64,000 nt of DNA from Syntrophorhabdaceae bacterium (GTDB lineage Bacteria; Desulfobacterota; Syntrophorhabdia; Syntrophorhabdales; Syntrophorhabdaceae): the NCBI GenBank assembly GCA_963665295.1, contig OY762209.1:1-64000 (forward strand), in the 5' to 3' direction. The notes beneath the pieces were generated by a model. That model made no database searches and was not told the DNA's origin. It saw only the letters and a program-made list of their open reading frames with translations. A program made the translations under genes and the position numbers. Each line of letters begins with the position of its first letter. The first letter of the stretch is position 1. Shown in pieces: positions 19,602 to 29,270 of this stretch.

Positions 19602-22600
19602 CTAGGAGTCCTGCGTGTCCAATACTTCCCTCACCTTTTGCAGGAGGGCCTTCGGCAGGATAGGTTTTGAGAAAAAGGCAAACTTCTTGTCTTCAACCCC
19701 TTTGTCGAGGATCACATCCCTCGTGTATCCGCTCATGAAGAGTACCTTAATATCGGGATTCAGTGCGTGTATCTCATTGTAGGCTTCGCGCCCGTTCTTT
19801 ACCGGCATGATAGAGTCGAGGATGAGGAGATCGATTTTATCCGCTTTCTTATACCGTTCAACCGCTTCAGACCCGTCCTTTGCTTCAACGGTGGTATATC
19901 CGTATTCAGTCAGTATCTTGCAGATGAGTCCCCGCAGCACTTCATTATCTTCGGCGACAAGGATAGTCTCGTTGCCCCCTTTGGGCGGCGCCGGAACCGG
20001 TTCTTCTTTATCCACCTCCTTGCCCGCCACAGGGAGGTAGATGTGAAAGGTTGTCCCCACAGTCGGTTCGCTGTACACGGTGATATACCCTTTATGCTGT
20101 TTCACCGTGCCGTACACACTGGACAGACCAAGACCGGTACCTTTCCCTACCTCCTTTGTGGTGAAGAAGGGGTCAAATATCTTCTCCTTTGTCACCTCGT
20201 CCATGCCGACGCCTGTATCCGAAATCGAAAGCAGAGCGTACGCTCCCGGGCTGCCATACCCGTGATAACGCTGGAATTCCTCGTCCAAGTCGGCCACCTT
20301 CGTCTCTATGGTGAGAACTCCCCCATGAGGCATGGCGTCTCTTGCGTTGGTGGCGAGATTGAACATGATCTGGTCAAGCTGCGCCGCATCGGCCATGACG
20401 ACAATATCCCCGGGGGCGAGGATGGTGCGTATGATAACATCCTCTGTAAGAAGCCTTTTCAGAAGTTTCTCCGCTCCCCTTACGAAGTCGTTTACGTCGA
20501 GGGACTTTAAGACTATCGGCTGTTGCCTGCTGAAAATCATGAGGGTCTGGGTCAGTTGGGCTGCCTTCTGGGAACCCGCAAGTATTTGTTCAACATAGGC
20601 CCTCAAGGGGTTGGATTCCTCCATTGACATCTGGAGAAGGGTCCCGAATCCGGTGATAACGGTGAGGATGTTGTTGAAATCGTGGGCAATGCCGCCGGTA
20701 AGGGTGCCTATTGCTTCCATCTTCTGTGACTGACGAAGTTGAGATTCCAGGTGTTTCAATTCGGTGATGTCTTCGCAGGCCGTCAGATAATCACCGGACG
20801 CAAGGATTGAAGTCATGAAATTCACGACTTTTTCTTTTCCATCTTTGCTGGTAACGACAAAAACCCTTGGTTTCCGCGTTCCTGATCTAGAGTCCTCCTT
20901 CCATGCGGATATCACGGTATGCCTCAATTCGGCATCAGGAAAGGCCTTTCGGAACCATGTCCTGCCATCGGGGACATCAAAAAGATCAAACCCGAAGGAT
21001 TCCGTAAATTTGGGATTGATATAGGTAAAACAATCTTCCTTATCAGTAAGAACCATGGCAAAAGGGGCATTGTCGAGGAGGGTGCGGAGCTTGTCCCTTT
21101 CTGTGTGCAGTGTCTGTTCGCTCTTGCGGAGCGCGTCTTCCGCCCGTTTCCGGTCAGTGATGTCCCTCAAGAATACCAGGCTGCCGTAGTCTCCCTTGTA
21201 GGTAATCCTCGTTGCCGACGCATCGACGAATATCGTGCTCCCGTCCTTTTTTACGCCTTTGAATTCATAGGTCGAAGGGACCATGTCTCCGGCCTCTCCC
21301 GCCCTGTTAATATCGATGGCCCGCTCGAGATCGTCGGGGTGTACCATAACGGAATGCGTCCTGCCTATGACCTCTTCGGCGCTATCGAAACCGAACATGT
21401 CGAGAAATCGTTGGTTCACATATATGCACACTCCCTTCCCGATGATGGTTATCCCGTCCCTTGAATGCTCGACCACGGTCCGGTAACGCTCTTCAGATTC
21501 TCTCAGCGCTTCCATTGAGCGTTTGCGTTCGGTGATCTCTTGCGCGAAAATGGTTGCTCCCGACACCTTTCCTCCTTCCTCAAAAATAGGGTAGCAGTAC
21601 TCTTCGAACGTTCGCCCTGCCCTCTCGGTGTCAAAATGCACAGGCTCGCCCGTGGCAATAACCTTATCGTAGTGTTCCTTTCTGCGCCGCGCCACTTCAG
21701 GCGGGAAATGGTCATAGAGATAGGTCCCCGTGAGTTCCCCGACGGTCTTGCCCAGCCTCTGAGCAACCACCGGATTGCACAGTATTACGGTACCTTCCGT
21801 GTTAATGAGTATCAGGGTTTCATGGACGGCGTCGAAAAAGGCCTTAAGGGTCTTTTCTCTCTCCCGAAGCGCCTCTTCCGCCCTTTTGCGCGTGGTGATA
21901 TCGCGCCAGACGCAATGATACACTGTGTGTCCAAAAATCTCCGTCATCTGGGCCGTCACATGGATGTTCCTGATTTCTCCCTGCCGCGTGCGATGCTTGG
22001 TTTCAAAATCATCCCTGCCTTCACGCATCACATTTTTGATATGCATCATGGTCTCTTCAGGACTTTCGACCACCTCGAAATCGGGAATACTCAACCCGGC
22101 AAACTCTTCCCGTGAATAGCCAAGCTGTCGATGGGCGGCTTCATTAAACTCCACGAAGCGGGCCGTAACAGGGTCAATAATCACAATACCGTCGGGTGCG
22201 TGCTCGAATAAGAAGCGATAGCGGGCCTGAATGCTTCCCAGCGCTTCTTCCGCCCTCTTGCGATCCGAAATATCCTGGATGACGCCGAAAACGACATTCC
22301 TCCGGCGATCGTATTCCGCGACCGAATGGATATCGATGATTTCTCCGGTATCAGGGCGTTGTATTTTAAACTCCACGTTATACGGACGGTTCTCGTCGAT
22401 CAGTCCGCGGAGGGCATCGTCGAGCATGGGCCTGTACTCGGGAAGAACCATCCTTTGTATCTCCTGAATCGTCCACTCCCGGTCAACAAGTCCGTATATC
22501 CTTCGGGCTCCTTCAGAGGCAAACACTTTTTTTGATCCGAGGTCGAACTCCCAGTTCCCGCAGCGGGAAATGATTTCGGCCCTGGACAGGCGGTTCCTGC

Positions 22601-22724
22601 TCAGAATGAGATCTTCCGCCACCAGGGTCCGTTCAATTTCCGATTGTTCCAGTTCCTCAATTCTCTTTCGTAAGGCGGATATCTCCTCGATCAGTCGCGA
22701 ATCTGTCCCTGATGGGTCGTTCAT
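19602..22724 (-). CDS. Cytoplasmic multi-PAS hybrid histidine kinase
   Basis: About 5 PAS/PAC repeats (DIT.RKRAE), QKMEAIGTLTGGIAHDFNN, FFTTKEVGKGTGLGL and a C-terminal REC. Confidence 0.95.
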   Translation of the reverse strand: MNDPSGTDSRLIEEISALRKRIEELEQSEIERTLVAEDLILSRNRLSRAEIISRCGNWEFDLGSKKVFASEGARRIYGLVDREWTIQEIQRMVLPEYRPMLDDALRGLIDENRPYNVEFKIQRPDTGEIIDIHSVAEYDRRRNVVFGVIQDISDRKRAEEALGSIQARYRFLFEHAPDGIVIIDPVTARFVEFNEAAHRQLGYSREEFAGLSIPDFEVVESPEETMMHIKNVMREGRDDFETKHRTRQGEIRNIHVTAQMTEIFGHTVYHCVWRDITTRKRAEEALREREKTLKAFFDAVHETLILINTEGTVILCNPVVAQRLGKTVGELTGTYLYDHFPPEVARRRKEHYDKVIATGEPVHFDTERAGRTFEEYCYPIFEEGGKVSGATIFAQEITERKRSMEALRESEERYRTVVEHSRDGITIIGKGVCIYVNQRFLDMFGFDSAEEVIGRTHSVMVHPDDLERAIDINRAGEAGDMVPSTYEFKGVKKDGSTIFVDASATRITYKGDYGSLVFLRDITDRKRAEDALRKSEQTLHTERDKLRTLLDNAPFAMVLTDKEDCFTYINPKFTESFGFDLFDVPDGRTWFRKAFPDAELRHTVISAWKEDSRSGTRKPRVFVVTSKDGKEKVVNFMTSILASGDYLTACEDITELKHLESQLRQSQKMEAIGTLTGGIAHDFNNILTVITGFGTLLQMSMEESNPLRAYVEQILAGSQKAAQLTQTLMIFSRQQPIVLKSLDVNDFVRGAEKLLKRLLTEDVIIRTILAPGDIVVMADAAQLDQIMFNLATNARDAMPHGGVLTIETKVADLDEEFQRYHGYGSPGAYALLSISDTGVGMDEVTKEKIFDPFFTTKEVGKGTGLGLSSVYGTVKQHKGYITVYSEPTVGTTFHIYLPVAGKEVDKEEPVPAPPKGGNETILVAEDNEVLRGLICKILTEYGYTTVEAKDGSEAVERYKKADKIDLLILDSIMPVKNGREAYNEIHALNPDIKVLFMSGYTRDVILDKGVEDKKFAFFSKPILPKALLQKVREVLDTQDS

Positions 22725-23268
22725 CAGTCCCTCCCTGTGGTGGCACACCGTATCACGACATGGCGAATATTATATTATAGCAGATATGTTTCGATGGCGA
22801 AGGCAGACGCGTGTGAAACGCAGGCACCTCCGCGGTTTGGATACTGAATGAAAGAACCAGGCGCGTTAATCAATTGCCGGAACAAGGTTGTTTTCTCCAT
22901 TCTCCCCCCCTTTTTCCTCAATCTTCTCACAGTTCCGCTCAAATGCCGAGGAGGACATACAGGCCCCAAGGGACCCGCCTTCGACGGATGATGTGAATCC
23001 CATCAACTGTCACCGACGCAGGTGATGAACCGCTTGGCGCTTTGTCTAATTTTGTCCTTGATTCCCTACGACGACGATTCTATTATAAGGAAACAGGGTG
23101 GCCCCCGCAGACCCCAAGGTATCATCAAGAGGTGCCGACGAAAGGCCGTGTCCCGGCCGGCTTGCCGCATGAGGCGGAAGAGGATGGATGGGAGCCATGG
23201 AAACTTCAACGGAAGCTTGAAGATTCGGGCAATTTCTTTTTAGTAAGATCAGGAAAAGGAGGTTCACC

Positions 23269-23814
23269 ATGCCGAAGAATATAGTAGTCCTCACAGGGAG
23301 CGCCAGAAAAGGCGGCAACAGCGACAAGTTGGCGGACGCGTTTATTGCAGGCGCCCGTCTGTCGGGACATACGACCGTAAAATATACCACCGCAGACAAG
23401 GACATTAAAGGGTGCATTGATTGCAAGGCCTGTTTCAAGAAGGATACGGCCTGCTCCATTCCCGACGATTTCAGGGACCTTGCGCCGCTTCTGGAGCAAG
23501 CTGATACGTTGGTCTTTGTAACGCCGCTGTACTGGTTCTCATTCCCGGCAAAACTGAAAGCTGCCATCGACAAGCTCTATTCTTTCCTGATCGGGAAGAA
23601 GACGTTGAAGATAAAGGAATGTGTGCTTCTCGTGTGCGGAGGCGACAAGGATGGAAGCAGTTACGACGGGATAATCAGGTCATTTCAGCTCATCGCCGGG
23701 TTCCTTGGCTGGAAGGACAGCGGCGTAGTTGTGGTCGGAGGCCTTCATGATAAGGATGATATTCTGAATACGGACGGATTGCAGCGAGCCGAAGCGTTGG
23801 GGAAGAGCATCTGA
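23269..23814 (+). CDS. Flavodoxin-like / iron-sulfur flavoprotein (NADPH-dependent FMN reductase family)
   Basis: GSARKGGNS, CIDCKAC...C..DD and TPLYW motifs. Confidence 0.9.
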   Translation: MPKNIVVLTGSARKGGNSDKLADAFIAGARLSGHTTVKYTTADKDIKGCIDCKACFKKDTACSIPDDFRDLAPLLEQADTLVFVTPLYWFSFPAKLKAAIDKLYSFLIGKKTLKIKECVLLVCGGDKDGSSYDGIIRSFQLIAGFLGWKDSGVVVVGGLHDKDDILNTDGLQRAEALGKSI

Positions 23815-23831
23815 GGGCGACAGAGCCTCAC

Positions 23832-24359
23832 ATGACCCATTCTATGGATAAAGAAAGGTACTCCTTCGATGAGAAACCCGGGATTATCTTTCTTCTTTGC
23901 CTCTTTTACGCCTTTCATATGGTAGAGGAATTTGCCTTCGGCTTTGTGGGATGGGCGAATCGATATTTCGGCGCCTTCGACTGGACACAGAATTTGATCG
24001 GCAATTCCATATTCTTTGTGTGTCTGGCGACAGCGTGCTATCTGTACTATAAGAATTGCACTAAATACTTATGGGTAGGCATGTGCGGAAGCATGTGGGT
24101 TCTCGCCAATGCTTTTCTGCACATATCAGCCACCATCCTGAGCGGAGAATACTCTCCCGGCGTGGTAACGGCCACAGCCCTCTACGTACCCGGCGGCCTA
24201 TACTTCCTCGTGAGGTGGGCCCGGAAAGGGATGCTGACCTGGAAAAACGTGCTTCTTTCCTTTGCCGTGGGAGCCCTGTGTTTCATGCTCGTCCCCACAT
24301 TTGCAAGGGCAATGCACTTTCACGCCGAACTCGCAAAACTTTTCCACCTGGTCGGCTGA
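23832..24359 (+). CDS. HXXEE-domain membrane protein
   Basis: HMVEE, NAFLH and YSPGVVTA motifs. Confidence 0.85.
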   Translation: MTHSMDKERYSFDEKPGIIFLLCLFYAFHMVEEFAFGFVGWANRYFGAFDWTQNLIGNSIFFVCLATACYLYYKNCTKYLWVGMCGSMWVLANAFLHISATILSGEYSPGVVTATALYVPGGLYFLVRWARKGMLTWKNVLLSFAVGALCFMLVPTFARAMHFHAELAKLFHLVG

Positions 24360-24506
24360 CCCGCCCCGCAGTGAGCCAAGATGGATCCATCTGGAACTCC
24401 TCCAAAGATTTATGGACTATAGATGATTGAACCCATAGGACGGCCACGTGGCCATTTACCGCTCCCGGATCTGCTCGGCCACGCTATGGTTCCGAATGAG
24501 ACGGGC

Positions 24507-24535
24507 TTGACAGGACGTATATCACACGATACACT
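24507..24535 (+). promoter_or_regulatory. Sigma70 promoter of the toxin-antitoxin-like pair
   Basis: TTGACA-N17-TACACT, overlapped and followed by short ATAC repeats. Confidence 0.5.
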
Positions 24536-24565
24536 TATACCATACAATACGCAATGGAGGCGGAT

Positions 24566-24925
24566 ATGAGACAAGGCGCGGCGGCGGAAAAAGACGTGGG
24601 ACATATCCAGCTTAAACTGCCGAAGGAAGTCTACAGGAACTTCCGGAGGATCTGCGTCGATAAAGACACGAACATGAGGGCCAAGGCGGCGGAGCTGATA
24701 GAGGAATTCATAAAGAGGGAAACTGAACGACCCAGCCTCCTTGAAATGACCAAAGAACAGAAGGAGGCCCGAGCGGGCATTGCCGTGAGGGCTGCCATCG
24801 CAAAGAGCCATTCCCTGGGGCATCCCACTGCCCATGCCGATGAAAAGGGTATATACAACCTCTACCCGGACGGCCGTAAGGAATATGTGAAGCTCTATTC
24901 CGCCCCCGTGAAAACTGTTGGATAA
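24566..24925 (+). CDS. Ribbon-helix-helix (ParG-like) protein, putative antitoxin
   Basis: IQLKLPKEVYRNFRRIC...MRAKAAELIEEFI RHH pattern; overlaps the zeta-like gene; SD GGAGG. Confidence 0.65.
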   Translation: MRQGAAAEKDVGHIQLKLPKEVYRNFRRICVDKDTNMRAKAAELIEEFIKRETERPSLLEMTKEQKEARAGIAVRAAIAKSHSLGHPTAHADEKGIYNLYPDGRKEYVKLYSAPVKTVG

Positions 24926-25559
24926 TCCCGGCCCCTTACTGGTGGTGTATGCCGGGCCGAACGGCTCGGGCAAAAGCACCATCACGGAAGAAGACATAGG
25001 GGGCCGCGGTTTTCCCGATCTCTACATAAACGCCGACGATATTGCCGGGGAACAGGACATAGGGCCCTATGAAGCCGCAGTGGAGGCTGCCAGGATTCGC
25101 CGGGCCGCCCTCGATGCGGGAATCTCCTTCGCCATGGAGACTGTGATGTCGACGCCCGACAAGACCGAGTTCATGAGAGAGGCAAAGAAAAAGGGGTATC
25201 GGGTACACCTCGAATATATAACCACTCAGGATTCTGACCTGAACGCCCTCAGGGTCCATGCAAGGGTGCTGAGTGGCGGTCATGACGTCCCGGAAGACAA
25301 AATACTGTCCCGCTACGACAGAAGCATGGAACTCCTCCCGAAGGCCGTGGAAATTGCGGACAGTGCCACAATCTATAACAACTCTTTTGAAGATCCCGTC
25401 GTTATTGCCGAGAAGACCGTGGCCGAAGGAATTGTGATCTATCCAAGGCAATCCCCGAGCCGATGGAACGAGCGGGAGATCTTAAAACTCCTTGGCATCA
25501 AGGATGCCGTGGTAGGGGTCTTAGCTCACCTTTGTGTTACGCTCTATCCCAGCAGCTGA
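24918..25559 (+). CDS. Zeta-toxin-like P-loop kinase (COG4185 type)
   Basis: AGPNGSGKST, INADDIA, SFAMETV and RV..RV..GGHDVPEDKI..RY.RS motifs. Confidence 0.88.
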   Translation: MDNPGPLLVVYAGPNGSGKSTITEEDIGGRGFPDLYINADDIAGEQDIGPYEAAVEAARIRRAALDAGISFAMETVMSTPDKTEFMREAKKKGYRVHLEYITTQDSDLNALRVHARVLSGGHDVPEDKILSRYDRSMELLPKAVEIADSATIYNNSFEDPVVIAEKTVAEGIVIYPRQSPSRWNEREILKLLGIKDAVVGVLAHLCVTLYPSS

Positions 25560-26758
25560 ACATCAATCACCGAACCCTCCGGAAGACGTTCCTGCCCCTC
25601 GGGTATTGAAGCGACAGCCGTGGCCTCAGCCATGGAACTCAAGCGACTGCGTTTTTCCAATGGGTGAAAAACCGGCAAGCCATCACACTTCGTCAGGGTA
25701 CCAAAGAAGAAATCAGTCCAATCGAGGTTCCGTCCCCTCAACTCGAAGGCAAGTCCGGCGCTTATCCTGGGCAGGCCCGGCCTTTCATGACCGCAAAGAG
25801 CAAGGAGACCGGGCAAAGCGATCTGCAAGAAACCCATCAAGTTGGAAGAAGGTCCACCGGGCAGGATGAATACGGGTTTCTTATCCAGCATGCCGAAGCC
25901 CACGGCCTTGCCGGGTCCTATACGAATCCGGTGAAACACCTCAACCCAACCAAGCCTTTCAAGAACATGCGCCACCATGTCGCGGTCTCCCGTCCATGCC
26001 CCGCCGCTTGTTATCACCACATCCGTTTCCTCGGCCAGCGTCTTCAGGGCGTGGAAAATAGCATCATGATCATCATTTACCACTGTCGTACGGGTCTTCA
26101 TCCTATACCTGTTGCACCATGCTGCGAGCGTCGTGATATTGCTTGCGTAAAGCTTTCCCTCCGCCAGAGGTTTGCCCGGCTCGACGATTTCATCGCCGGT
26201 TCCGACAAGCCCCACAACCGGGTTTCTGAAGACGGGGACCATGCTGTGTCCTGCAGCGGCAAGAAGGCCTGCCGCACCTGGCGATATCTGTTCGCCCGAC
26301 CGGACGATACGTTTCCCGAATGGTACGTCGCTGCCGCGCCGTAGGATATTTCTACCCGGTTCGGCAAAGATCTCTATCATCACATGGTTCTCTCCGCATA
26401 TCGCAAATTCTTCGGCCACCACGGCATCTGCGCCGGTCGGGATGCGCGCCCCCGTCAACACCCTCACGGCAGTTCCAGGCTGTACCCGAATGTCCTTATC
26501 GCCCCCAGCGGCCATAACGCCCAAAAGCCGCAGCCGGACCGGATCCTTGGCAGATGCATTTGCCACCTCATGCGAGAATACCGCATAGCCGTCTTTAAGG
26601 GAGGCGTCCATACCAGGAGAATCGACCAAAGCATGGAGGTCCGACGCAGTTACACGGTCGACGCCGTCAGTCAAGGCAACACTTTCGGCAGGAAGCGGTC
26701 TTATGGCATCCAGAGTCAGGCGCAGCGCCTCTGCCAGTCCGAGAGGCAGGTCCTTCAT
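25544..26758 (-). CDS. moeA: Molybdopterin molybdenum/tungsten transferase
   Basis: SLKDGYAV, TGARIPTGADAVV..E, TGDEI, TSGG, PGK and LPGGP motifs. Confidence 0.92.
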   Translation of the reverse strand: MKDLPLGLAEALRLTLDAIRPLPAESVALTDGVDRVTASDLHALVDSPGMDASLKDGYAVFSHEVANASAKDPVRLRLLGVMAAGGDKDIRVQPGTAVRVLTGARIPTGADAVVAEEFAICGENHVMIEIFAEPGRNILRRGSDVPFGKRIVRSGEQISPGAAGLLAAAGHSMVPVFRNPVVGLVGTGDEIVEPGKPLAEGKLYASNITTLAAWCNRYRMKTRTTVVNDDHDAIFHALKTLAEETDVVITSGGAWTGDRDMVAHVLERLGWVEVFHRIRIGPGKAVGFGMLDKKPVFILPGGPSSNLMGFLQIALPGLLALCGHERPGLPRISAGLAFELRGRNLDWTDFFFGTLTKCDGLPVFHPLEKRSRLSSMAEATAVASIPEGQERLPEGSVIDVQLLG

Positions 26759-26810
26759 GACAACCTCCTTCCAAACAACATATTTGTAAAGCCCCGTCTG
26801 ATGGTGAGTA

Positions 26811-26858
26811 TCAATGTCGGCAGCCCATATCCTCGATCTTTGTGGCAGTGTTTGTCAT
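26811..26858 (-). pseudogene. Remnant of a CopZ/HMA copper-chaperone gene
   Basis: AAGGAGG-ATG start, MTNTATKIEDMGCRH then TGA where the second Cys of MxCxxC should be; the shifted frame continues ILTIRRG. Confidence 0.5.
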
Positions 26859-26917
26859 GGAAAGTCCTCCTTTCTCGCTTCTTCAGGCTTTCACATATTC
26901 CTGTATCGGTGATCTCT

Positions 26918-27379
26918 CTATCTTCTCCAGCCCGCCCACACAGGGATTCCGGCGTTGTCCCTCAGAAGGAGTGTATTTCCGTCTCTCCTTATTTCAGCGG
27001 CAACAAGGACAGGCTTTCCACTGAGCGTCGCGCGCGATCCCTTTATTTCCAACTTCTCGCCCTTCTCTATCTTGACGTCAAGCCTTCCGATACACCAATC
27101 CGGCCCGAGGTGAACGAGGATCACCTCTCTATCGGTTTTCAGAACCAGTGCAACAACGGGATACATGCCTTTCCGGGGCGCGATCGTCTCCACCGATTCG
27201 ACTGTTCCGGTGATCGTTTCGGCCTTTGATGGATCATACAATCTTTGATAAGGCGTGTCCATGCCCCATCCACCACTTCCCTTCCCCTTAGTCGCCTGCC
27301 CCCCTTGAGAAAAGGATTGAGGGACGAAGACAAGTCCGAAGATAACTAGGGTCCACACCATACTTGCAGTTTTCTTCAT
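26918..27379 (-). CDS. Secreted OB-fold-like protein (MamS/MamX-like domain)
   Basis: Signal peptide; YDP...TI.GTV, VHLGP.W, I.GS and LRD..GIPVW motifs. Confidence 0.7.
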   Translation of the reverse strand: MKKTASMVWTLVIFGLVFVPQSFSQGGQATKGKGSGGWGMDTPYQRLYDPSKAETITGTVESVETIAPRKGMYPVVALVLKTDREVILVHLGPDWCIGRLDVKIEKGEKLEIKGSRATLSGKPVLVAAEIRRDGNTLLLRDNAGIPVWAGWRR

Positions 27380-27481
27380 GACGCCACCTCCTTTTATGAA
27401 ATATCTTCCTGGTAAAATCTCATGTCTTATCATGAATATAACCCAGCTTCTATCAAGAACGCGCCTCCCGACCCGGTGATC

Positions 27482-29182
27482 TTACTTCTCCTTCGGATAG
27501 GGCCATGCCGTGATTCCCCCCTCCATGACTTTGACGTTCTTCCATCCGTTTCCTTCCATCACGAGGGCTGCCTCATAGCCCCGAAGGGATATTTTGCAAT
27601 AGACAATGATTTCCTTGTCCTTGTCCGAGGGAAGCTCGCCGATTCTATTTCTCAGCGCCCCGAGGGGGATGAGAGTCTCTCCTATGCCGAGCCTCGTCGC
27701 TTCGAATTCGTCGGGACCACGGACATCGAGAAGGAACATGTCGTCATGCCGATCAACCTTTTCTTTTACCTTCTCAGCGGATATCCCTTTAAAGCGGTCT
27801 TTCAACTTGTTCTCCATGACATGGGCGCAGGCAATGAAGTTATCTATGGCGAGGGTAAAAGGAGGGGCATAGGGGAGATCGAGGTTCACGAGGTCTCTTA
27901 TCGTCATGTTGCCCTGAATGGCTATGGCGGCCTGTGCGACCTGCTTGCTTACGTCGCCCCCGCCGATGCACTGGAAGCCTATGATTCTCTGGGACATGGT
28001 ATCTACCACCATTTTCGACACCAACATCCGACCCCCCATAAATCCCGGTTTGTCGGCTCCTGCTACGACGACGGTCGTAATGTCACCATAGTCCATTTCA
28101 CGGGCCTTTGCTTCAGATAATCCCGTTGACCCTGCGGCGTAGTCGAAAATCTTGCATATCCCTGATTGTACTGTACCGGGGAAGGTCGCCACGTTCCCCA
28201 GCACCGCGTTTTCACCTGCTACCCGCCCTTCAAGGTTGGCAAGGTCACCCAACGGCGCATAGGTCTCGCCGTGCGTCATTAAATGGTGCTGTTCCGTGCA
28301 GTCGCCTACGGCATAGACATCAGGATCGGATGTCTGCATATATTGGTCAACAACTATGCCTCCGGTCAGGCCGATCTTTAAACCCGCGCGGCGAGCCACA
28401 TCAACATTCGGCCTCACGCCCACTGCGATGACTGCAAGCTCGCAAGGCAGTTCGGTCCCGTTCGACAACTTCACCGCCGTCAACGCCCCTTCTTCACCAA
28501 GAAATTGGGCAATACCATTGTCGGTTATTACGTTAGCAGCTTTGCTTTTGATATAATTCTCAAGTATTTTCGCGAGCTGCCAGTCGAGAAACATCAATAT
28601 CTGGGGGAGAAGTTCAATAACCGTTATTTCGATCCCCGCAAGTTGCAGTGCCTCACAGGTCTCTATGCCGATAAGACCACCCCCGATGACTACGGCACGC
28701 TTTATTTTACCCTCAGCCCCTATGCGCCTCAGGAAATCCGCATCTTGCATTGATTTGAGAGTCGTAATTCCCTTAAGCTCTTTCCCGGGAACGTTCGGAA
28801 TATTCGCGATCGATCCCGTGGCTATTATCAGCTTATCATATCCGAGAAGTTCAGTTTCGTTGGTAGTGAGGCGCCTGCACGCCACCGTCTTTGACTTCCG
28901 GTCAATCTCCGTGGCTTCGGTGTGAATCCTGGCCTCAATGCCTTTCGCATTGAGGTAGTAAACAGGGTTCCTGATGACTCCGCCGGAAGTGGAGAGAAGC
29001 TGGTTCCGGTCATCAAAAAAGCCGCCTACATAGTAAGGGTAGCCGCAGGAAGCCATGGAAAGATCCGGATCCTTCTGAACCAGTATGATTTCCGCATCCT
29101 GATCCAGACGTCTGGCCCGGGCCGCCGCCTTGGGACCTGCAGCAGAACCGCCGATAACAATGATCTTCTTCTGTTTTGTCAT
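27482..29182 (-). CDS. CoA-disulfide/persulfide reductase-rhodanese fusion (CoADR-RHD/Npsr type)
   Basis: GGSAAG, ASCGYPY, GGGLIG, YAVGD and YAPPF motifs; C-terminal rhodanese LDVR..YCKISLRG. Confidence 0.92.
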   Translation of the reverse strand: MTKQKKIIVIGGSAAGPKAAARARRLDQDAEIILVQKDPDLSMASCGYPYYVGGFFDDRNQLLSTSGGVIRNPVYYLNAKGIEARIHTEATEIDRKSKTVACRRLTTNETELLGYDKLIIATGSIANIPNVPGKELKGITTLKSMQDADFLRRIGAEGKIKRAVVIGGGLIGIETCEALQLAGIEITVIELLPQILMFLDWQLAKILENYIKSKAANVITDNGIAQFLGEEGALTAVKLSNGTELPCELAVIAVGVRPNVDVARRAGLKIGLTGGIVVDQYMQTSDPDVYAVGDCTEQHHLMTHGETYAPLGDLANLEGRVAGENAVLGNVATFPGTVQSGICKIFDYAAGSTGLSEAKAREMDYGDITTVVVAGADKPGFMGGRMLVSKMVVDTMSQRIIGFQCIGGGDVSKQVAQAAIAIQGNMTIRDLVNLDLPYAPPFTLAIDNFIACAHVMENKLKDRFKGISAEKVKEKVDRHDDMFLLDVRGPDEFEATRLGIGETLIPLGALRNRIGELPSDKDKEIIVYCKISLRGYEAALVMEGNGWKNVKVMEGGITAWPYPKEK

Positions 29183-29270
29183 AAACCCGCCTTAAATGTG
29201 AATTTGCCTGATTTTGGGAGATAAAGTCCGGACTCCTTTGTTGTCGGACCAGGCAAGGTCCTTCCCCTCA

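Noticed and set aside
23042..23260. HxlR regulator remnant (YHQEVPTK) upstream of the flavodoxin gene
   Set aside because: The similarity is too short to separate from chance.
26811..26813. Selenocysteine read-through of CRH-TGA
   Set aside because: The read-through frame is not HMA-like and runs out of frame into moeA; a one-base deletion explains it better.
26918..27379. Magnetosome gene
   Set aside because: The MamS/MamX-like domain is widespread in non-magnetotactic bacteria, and no other mam genes are present.
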